From Candidatus Tenderia sp. (GTDB lineage: Bacteria > Pseudomonadota > Gammaproteobacteria > Tenderiales > Tenderiaceae): a stretch of 64,000 bases of DNA. Position 1 is the stretch's first letter. Each line of letters begins with the position of its first letter. Under the pieces are notes generated by a model. The model was not told where the DNA came from, did not search any database, and saw only the letters and a program-made list of their open reading frames with translations. This document shows positions 58,821-64,000 of the stretch, piece by piece. Location of the stretch: contig JANOSY010000055.1 in the NCBI GenBank assembly GCA_031416075.1, forward strand, positions 9,156 to 73,155, written 5' to 3'. The translations under genes and the position numbers were made by a program.

Positions 58821-59144
58821 ATGACGTTTGTAGTAACGGACAACTGCATCAAATGTAAATATACCGACTGCGTTGAAGTCTGCCCCGTGGACTGTTTTTA
58901 TATGGGGCCAAACTTTCTCGTCATCGACCCAGACGAGTGTATCGACTGCGCACTATGCGAGCCAGAGTGCCCGGCCAAGGCGATTTTTGCCGAGGATGAC
59001 GTGCCCGACGATCAGCAGCATTTCATCGCTCTCAACGCCGAGCTGACAAAAATCTGGCCGGTGGTAACCGAAAAGCAGGATGCACCCGCTGATGCTGCCG
59101 AGTGGGACGGTGTGCCTGACAAACTCCAGTTTCTGGAGCGCTAA
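58821..59144 (+). CDS. fdxA: 7Fe ferredoxin
   Basis: [14 protein letters not shown] and [12 protein letters not shown]. Confidence 0.95.
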   Translation: MTFVVTDNCIKCKYTDCVEVCPVDCFYMGPNFLVIDPDECIDCALCEPECPAKAIFAEDDVPDDQQHFIALNAELTKIWPVVTEKQDAPADAAEWDGVPDKLQFLER

Positions 59145-59181
59145 ACTACAGCACATCAAATAGGGGCTACCACGGTGACCC

Positions 59182-59619
59182 CTATTTGATCTTCACCGCC
59201 AAGACATCACACACCGCAGAGTTGAGGATGCTTTTGGCCGTCGCCCCCAGCAGCCGTTCCAGACCATGGCGACTGTGGCTGCCGATGACAATCAACGTCA
59301 CCTGCTCACGCTCGGCAAACGACAATATCCCCGATTTGGTGGCACCCACCTCCACATGACAACACTCCGGATCAATGCCCAAGCGCTGCGCCAGGGCCGC
59401 CATCTTTTCACGCGCCACCTCTACCAGCTGTATTTCAATAGGTTCCACCGCTGGCATCGCCAACTCACTGCCAAAATAGACAGGTACCTGCTCGACCACA
59501 TGGATCACACTCAGTCGACTGCCATAACGTTGCGCCAGCTCTGCCGCCCGTGCCACCACCCCCTCACTATCGTCTAAAAGATCAGTCGCCAGCAGGATAT
59601 GGGAATATTGCTCTACCAT
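59182..59619 (-). CDS. Universal stress protein
   Basis: YSHILLATD, LIVIGSHSRHGL..LLGATA, CDVLAV. Confidence 0.92.
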   Translation of the reverse strand: MVEQYSHILLATDLLDDSEGVVARAAELAQRYGSRLSVIHVVEQVPVYFGSELAMPAVEPIEIQLVEVAREKMAALAQRLGIDPECCHVEVGATKSGILSFAEREQVTLIVIGSHSRHGLERLLGATAKSILNSAVCDVLAVKIK

Positions 59620-59694
59620 CGCTTCACCCTCTCTATCAGTTCGCACCAAAGTCGGTCCCAATGGCCACTCCATCCGGCCAGAGGGATAGCCCCT

Positions 59695-60651
59695 CTAACC
59701 GTACATCGTCTGAAACGCATTCACAAAGGTAGTGTATTGACTCTCCGGCAACTCATTAATACCCGCTGCCGCCTTACGCCCGCCCCCGGTGGCAAAGGCG
59801 CGGCACAACTCATCAGCACCCTGTTTGTTGTTTAAGGGGGCACGCACACTGGCCACAAACCCCCCTTGCGGTAGCGCTGTCAACAACGCATGGGCACGAT
59901 TAGGGTGCGCCGTTGCCAGCTCATTACTGAAGACACCCGATACCCGCCGCGCCCACGGTTCTGCCGGGAAGAGAAAAACCGCCACATTGTCCGACGCCAC
60001 TGCCGGGGCCACCGCCCTGGCCCTGGCGGTATCTTGCTCGGCCCCGTTTTGCAGCGTGGCAAACAGTTCCGGCTCCGCCGCCATAAAATCAAACGGCGAG
60101 AGATGAGGACGCATCCGTTCAGCAAGCTGCTGCGGTGTAAAAAAGAGGTCGTCAAGCGCCGCGCCGTAGCCGTTGTAGTTCAAACAGATCCCCAACTCAC
60201 GCAGGGTAACAAGCTGCGCCTCTGACAGCTTCAGGTCCACCGCCGCCTGACGAGCACTGGTATCCAGGTTATCACCAAAGGCCCCCACCACTGCCCATGC
60301 GCAAAAACGCCCTTTCAGATAACGGTCAACAATCAGGCTGGTACAGGTCTCGGCCGCCACATTGATGTATGACTCCATATTCAGATGCTCTGGAATCTCT
60401 CCGGCAAAGTGGTGGTCAAAATAGCGAACCTTCACCCCCTGTTCCAGCAGTCGCTGCAGCGCCTCTCTATTTTTATCCAGGGAGATATCAAATACCGCCA
60501 CCTCATCACCGGCGCTGGCCTGAACACGCTTCAGCAGGGAGATGTCTCGCTTTACGCCTGTCACCAGCGTGGCTGAGGCGGGTGTGGCCAATCGAAACTG
60601 CTGCAATGCACACAGGCCATCCGCATCACCGTTAAAAACATCAAACAACAT
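59695..60651 (-). CDS. DHH-family phosphoesterase
   Basis: NGDADG, FDIS, FDHH, GGGRKAAAG (DHHA1-like). Confidence 0.85.
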   Translation of the reverse strand: MLFDVFNGDADGLCALQQFRLATPASATLVTGVKRDISLLKRVQASAGDEVAVFDISLDKNREALQRLLEQGVKVRYFDHHFAGEIPEHLNMESYINVAAETCTSLIVDRYLKGRFCAWAVVGAFGDNLDTSARQAAVDLKLSEAQLVTLRELGICLNYNGYGAALDDLFFTPQQLAERMRPHLSPFDFMAAEPELFATLQNGAEQDTARARAVAPAVASDNVAVFLFPAEPWARRVSGVFSNELATAHPNRAHALLTALPQGGFVASVRAPLNNKQGADELCRAFATGGGRKAAAGINELPESQYTTFVNAFQTMYG

Positions 60652-60830
60652 ATCCCCACTCCCTAGATTGAAAATTCGTGCCGCCAACCGCGACCAACAG
60701 GGCAAGTTTAATCCATTTCACCGGGCAAACCCTCCCACTGAATAACATTGGTCAGAAGTGGCACGTTCAGCCAACGCACTACTTCTGGTATCATTTGGCG
60801 TTTTTCCAGCACCGGATTGATTACCCAGCC

Positions 60831-61700
60831 ATGACAGCCCCCATGAGAGCCAAGATCATAGATGGTAAAGCCATCGCCGCCGAAATCCGCAACAACGTCA
60901 AGCAACGCGTTGATCACCGCCTCAGCCTGGGCCAGCGCCGCCCCGGTCTGGCCGTGGTGCTGGTGGGTCTGGACGCCGCCTCCCAGGTCTACGTCAGCAA
61001 CAAACGTAAGTCGTGCGCCGAGGTCGGCTTCATCTCCAAATCCTACGACCTGACCGCCGCCACCACCCAGGAGGAGCTGCTGGCCGTGATCGAGCGGCTC
61101 AATAACGATGCCGAGATCGATGGCATTCTGGTACAGCTGCCCCTGCCCAAACACATCGTCACTGAAAAGGTGATCGAAAGCATCCATCCCGACAAGGATG
61201 TGGATGGCTTCCACCCCTACAACGTAGGCCTGCTGGCCCAGCGCATCCCCAAGCTGCGCCCCTGCACCCCGTGGGGAATCATGACGCTGCTGGAACATAC
61301 TGGCGAAGAGCTGAAAGGAAAAGAGGCGGTAATTATCGGTGCCTCCAACATCGTAGGCCGCCCCATGGGGCTGGAGCTACTGCTGGCAGGCTGCACCGTC
61401 ACCACCTGTCACCGTTTCACCAAAGATCTAAAAGCCCATGTCGGCCGCGCCGAGATCCTGGTAGTGGCCGTCGGCAGACCCGACTTCATCCCCGGCAACT
61501 GGATCAGGCAAGGGGCGATTGTGATCGATGTCGGCATCAACCGTCTGGCGAGCGGCAAGCTGGTGGGCGATGTGGATTATGAAGGGGCATCACAGCGTGC
61601 TGGCTGGATCACCCCAGTGCCCGGCGGCGTCGGCCCCATGACCATCGCCACCCTGCTGCAAAATACGCTTTATGTTGCCGAGAGCCTAAGCGACCACTAA
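60831..61700 (+). CDS. folD: Methylene-THF dehydrogenase/cyclohydrolase (start 60831 or 60843)
   Basis: [37 protein letters not shown]. Confidence 0.98.
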   Translation: MTAPMRAKIIDGKAIAAEIRNNVKQRVDHRLSLGQRRPGLAVVLVGLDAASQVYVSNKRKSCAEVGFISKSYDLTAATTQEELLAVIERLNNDAEIDGILVQLPLPKHIVTEKVIESIHPDKDVDGFHPYNVGLLAQRIPKLRPCTPWGIMTLLEHTGEELKGKEAVIIGASNIVGRPMGLELLLAGCTVTTCHRFTKDLKAHVGRAEILVVAVGRPDFIPGNWIRQGAIVIDVGINRLASGKLVGDVDYEGASQRAGWITPVPGGVGPMTIATLLQNTLYVAESLSDH

Positions 61701-61720
61701 AACCCATTATCACCGCCAAT

Positions 61721-61758
61721 AAAAACGCCGCCCCGGCTGAGCCGGGGCGGCGTTTCTG
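61721..61758. terminator. Bidirectional terminator after folD
   Basis: AAACGCCGCCCCGGCT-g-AGCCGGGGCGGCGTTT perfect stem. Confidence 0.85.
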
Positions 61759-61772
61759 TTTCTGGACTCAAC

Positions 61773-61931
61773 TCAGTCAGCGCCAAAGTAGTAAAGCACC
61801 ACCGGCACCAACAACCACAGTAACCCCTTGATGAAAAAAAACATAAAGCCATAAAACCCGACCCGCTTCAGCCACGGGCAGCTCAAGGACAATCGGCTAA
61901 CGATCTTTTCAACCTTATTAACAACAACCAT
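61773..61931 (-). CDS. 52-aa small membrane protein (not in ORF track)
   Basis: MVVVNKVEKIVSRLSLSCPWLKRVGFYGFMFFFIKGLLWLLVPVVLYYFGAD; AGGT RBS; ends at the shared terminator. Confidence 0.65.
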   Translation of the reverse strand: MVVVNKVEKIVSRLSLSCPWLKRVGFYGFMFFFIKGLLWLLVPVVLYYFGAD

Positions 61932-62082
61932 AACGACCTGCGGCTATATTCCACTTTATATATGTAGCTATAGCGTCAACCGCGACGATCTATTGAGAAA
62001 ATAGGGCCCGCCCCGCAACTGCCGGTACTCCCACGCTTCGGGTATAATTGCCCGCTTTCAATTCAAGGCAGTAGAGGATCTC

Positions 62083-62592
62083 ATGCAGGAAAAAGCACAC
62101 ACCAAGCCTCAGGTAGCCATTGTCATGGGCAGCAACAGCGACTGGCCGGTGATGCGCCTGGCGGCCGAGATGCTGGCCCAGTTTGGCATCCCCTACGAGG
62201 CCCAGGTGGTCTCCGCCCACCGCACCCCGGAGCTGATGTTTGAATTTGCCGAGCAGGCCGCCGGTCGCGGCATCCAGGTAATCATCGCCGGTGCCGGTGG
62301 CGCCGCCCACCTGCCCGGCATGATCGCCGCCAAGACCATCCTACCGGTACTGGGCGTGCCGGTGCCGTCAAAACATCTGCAGGGTCAGGACTCGCTGCTC
62401 TCCATCGTGCAGATGCCCAAAGGCATCCCCGTCGCCACCTTCGCCATCGGTGAGGCAGGCGCGGCCAACGCCGGACTCTTCGCCATCGCTATGCTCGCCA
62501 ACAACGACCCACTACTTGCCACCAAACTGAACGAGTTCCGCGAAAAGCAGCGCCAGGCCGTCTACGCCATGGAGCTGGACAACAAGCCATGA
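62083..62592 (+). CDS. purE: N5-CAIR mutase
   Basis: [35 protein letters not shown]. Confidence 0.98.
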   Translation: MQEKAHTKPQVAIVMGSNSDWPVMRLAAEMLAQFGIPYEAQVVSAHRTPELMFEFAEQAAGRGIQVIIAGAGGAAHLPGMIAAKTILPVLGVPVPSKHLQGQDSLLSIVQMPKGIPVATFAIGEAGAANAGLFAIAMLANNDPLLATKLNEFREKQRQAVYAMELDNKP

Positions 62593-63767
62593 CTGCCAAG
62601 GTGATCACAGGGATGATCCCAGAGATAATCAAAGCCCCAGCCACACTAGCCATGCTCGGGGGCGGCCAGCTCGGCCGCTTTTTTGTCACCGCCGCCCACG
62701 AGCTGGGTTACAAGGTGATTGTGCTCGACCCCGACCCTGACGCCCCCGCCGGGCTGATCGCCGACGACCACATTATCGCTGCCTATGATGACCCCGCCGC
62801 CCTGGAACAGCTCGCCAACCGCTGCGCCGCCGCCACCACCGAATTCGAAAACGTACCCGCCGCCGCGCTAGAAAAACTGGCCGAAAAGATCCCGGTTCAC
62901 CCCTCCGCCGATGCCGTTGCCATCGCCCAGAACCGCGTCGCCGAAAAGCGCTTTCTCGGTAACAACGGCTTTGCCACCGCGCCGTTTCTGGTCATTGAGA
63001 AAGCTGACGATCTGGCCGAAGCGGGCGATGAAATGTTCCCCGCCATCCTCAAGATCGCCCGTTTCGGTTACGACGGCAAGGGTCAGGCGCGCGTCAAAAA
63101 CATCAGCGAGGCACAACAGGCCTTTGCCGAGTTCAACGCCCCCTGTGTCCTGGAGAAGATGCTCAACCTGGAACTAGAAGTCTCCGTGGTGATGGCGCGC
63201 AATAGCAGCGGCCAATGCCAAAGCTTCACACTGACTGAAAACCAGCACAGCCACGGCATCCTCGACATCTCCATCGCCCCGGCGCGCACCTCCGCCACAC
63301 TGCTGGCCAAGGCCGAAGAGATGGCCAAACAGGTCGCCGAACACCTCAACTACGTCGGTGTACTGGCAGTAGAGTTCTTCATCGTCAACGGCGAACTGCT
63401 AATCAACGAAATCGCACCGCGCCCCCACAACAGCGGCCACTACACCCTCGACGGCTGCGTCACCCACCAGTTCGAACAACAGGTGCGCGCCCTCTGCAAC
63501 CTACCACTCGGCACACCACGGCTGCACAGCGCCGCAGTGATGGTGAATCTGCTCGGTGATCTCTGGTTCCAGAACAACAGCGAAGCGAGCCGCGAACCCG
63601 ACTGGGCCAAACTCAACAAAATCCCCAACCTCAAACTGCACCTCTACGGCAAACAGTCCGCCCGCCCTGGCCGCAAGATGGGCCACTTCACAGTGATCGA
63701 CAGCGATATCAATAAAGCGGTGGCTACAGCGCTAGCAGCGCGTAAAACAGTGGGGACAAGGCAATAG
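62589..63767 (+). CDS. purK: N5-CAIR synthase
   Basis: [40 protein letters not shown]. Confidence 0.98.
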   Translation: MTAKVITGMIPEIIKAPATLAMLGGGQLGRFFVTAAHELGYKVIVLDPDPDAPAGLIADDHIIAAYDDPAALEQLANRCAAATTEFENVPAAALEKLAEKIPVHPSADAVAIAQNRVAEKRFLGNNGFATAPFLVIEKADDLAEAGDEMFPAILKIARFGYDGKGQARVKNISEAQQAFAEFNAPCVLEKMLNLELEVSVVMARNSSGQCQSFTLTENQHSHGILDISIAPARTSATLLAKAEEMAKQVAEHLNYVGVLAVEFFIVNGELLINEIAPRPHNSGHYTLDGCVTHQFEQQVRALCNLPLGTPRLHSAAVMVNLLGDLWFQNNSEASREPDWAKLNKIPNLKLHLYGKQSARPGRKMGHFTVIDSDINKAVATALAARKTVGTRQ

Positions 63768-64000
63768 ACTCTTGTCGCAAGATTTTCCCATGGACGAACC
63801 AAGACACAGAGCAATACCATCTTATGCTGCCGAGAAATAGAGCTGCTCCGCGAAAGTGAGACTAGTGTACTGTAACAAATAATATACTCATACCAAGGCA
63901 GCCTTAGCACGCCCGATTTTCTCTAAAATCGCTTCAGTTGTTTTTGTCCACACAAAGGGTTTTGGATCGGTATTGTGGACCTCAATGAATTCCATAATCT

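Noticed and set aside
63800-64000. Possible NrdR/DnaA boxes at the window end
   Set aside because: Matches are weak and the downstream gene lies outside the window.

Overview
Chromosomal window from a gammaproteobacterium; gene order suggests a Chromatiales/sulfur-oxidiser-like lineage, which is inference only. Core genes run dnaJ-dnaK-grpE / nadK-recN / fur / bamE / ratB-ratA / smpB-ssrA at the left and selO, M48 peptidase, alr-dnaB-rplI-rpsR-priB-rpsF, rlmB-rnr, tRNA-Leu, mutS, fdxA, folD, purEK at the right. About 20 kb of accessory DNA follows the tmRNA 3' end. It begins with a ~5.3 kb minimal P4-integrase island (int, alpA, HTH genes, an iteron-like origin, a Rap1a-like cargo gene, no primase or capsid genes). 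Next comes an integrase-less defence locus: SNF2 helicase-DUF4391-[HipBA]-Mod-[ABC ATPase + DUF4276/TOPRIM-like]-Res-NERD, plus a RES-toxin pseudogene. After it lies a sigma54/NtrC-type nitrate-assimilation cluster carrying a PP2C-kinase fusion and an uncharacterised HPPD-like metalloenzyme. The rest includes a REP/RAYT hotspot, a DnaA-box/IHF cluster (DARS/datA-like) and a decayed element apparently integrated in the mutS 5' end. All calls come from motif recognition by eye; no database searches were run.
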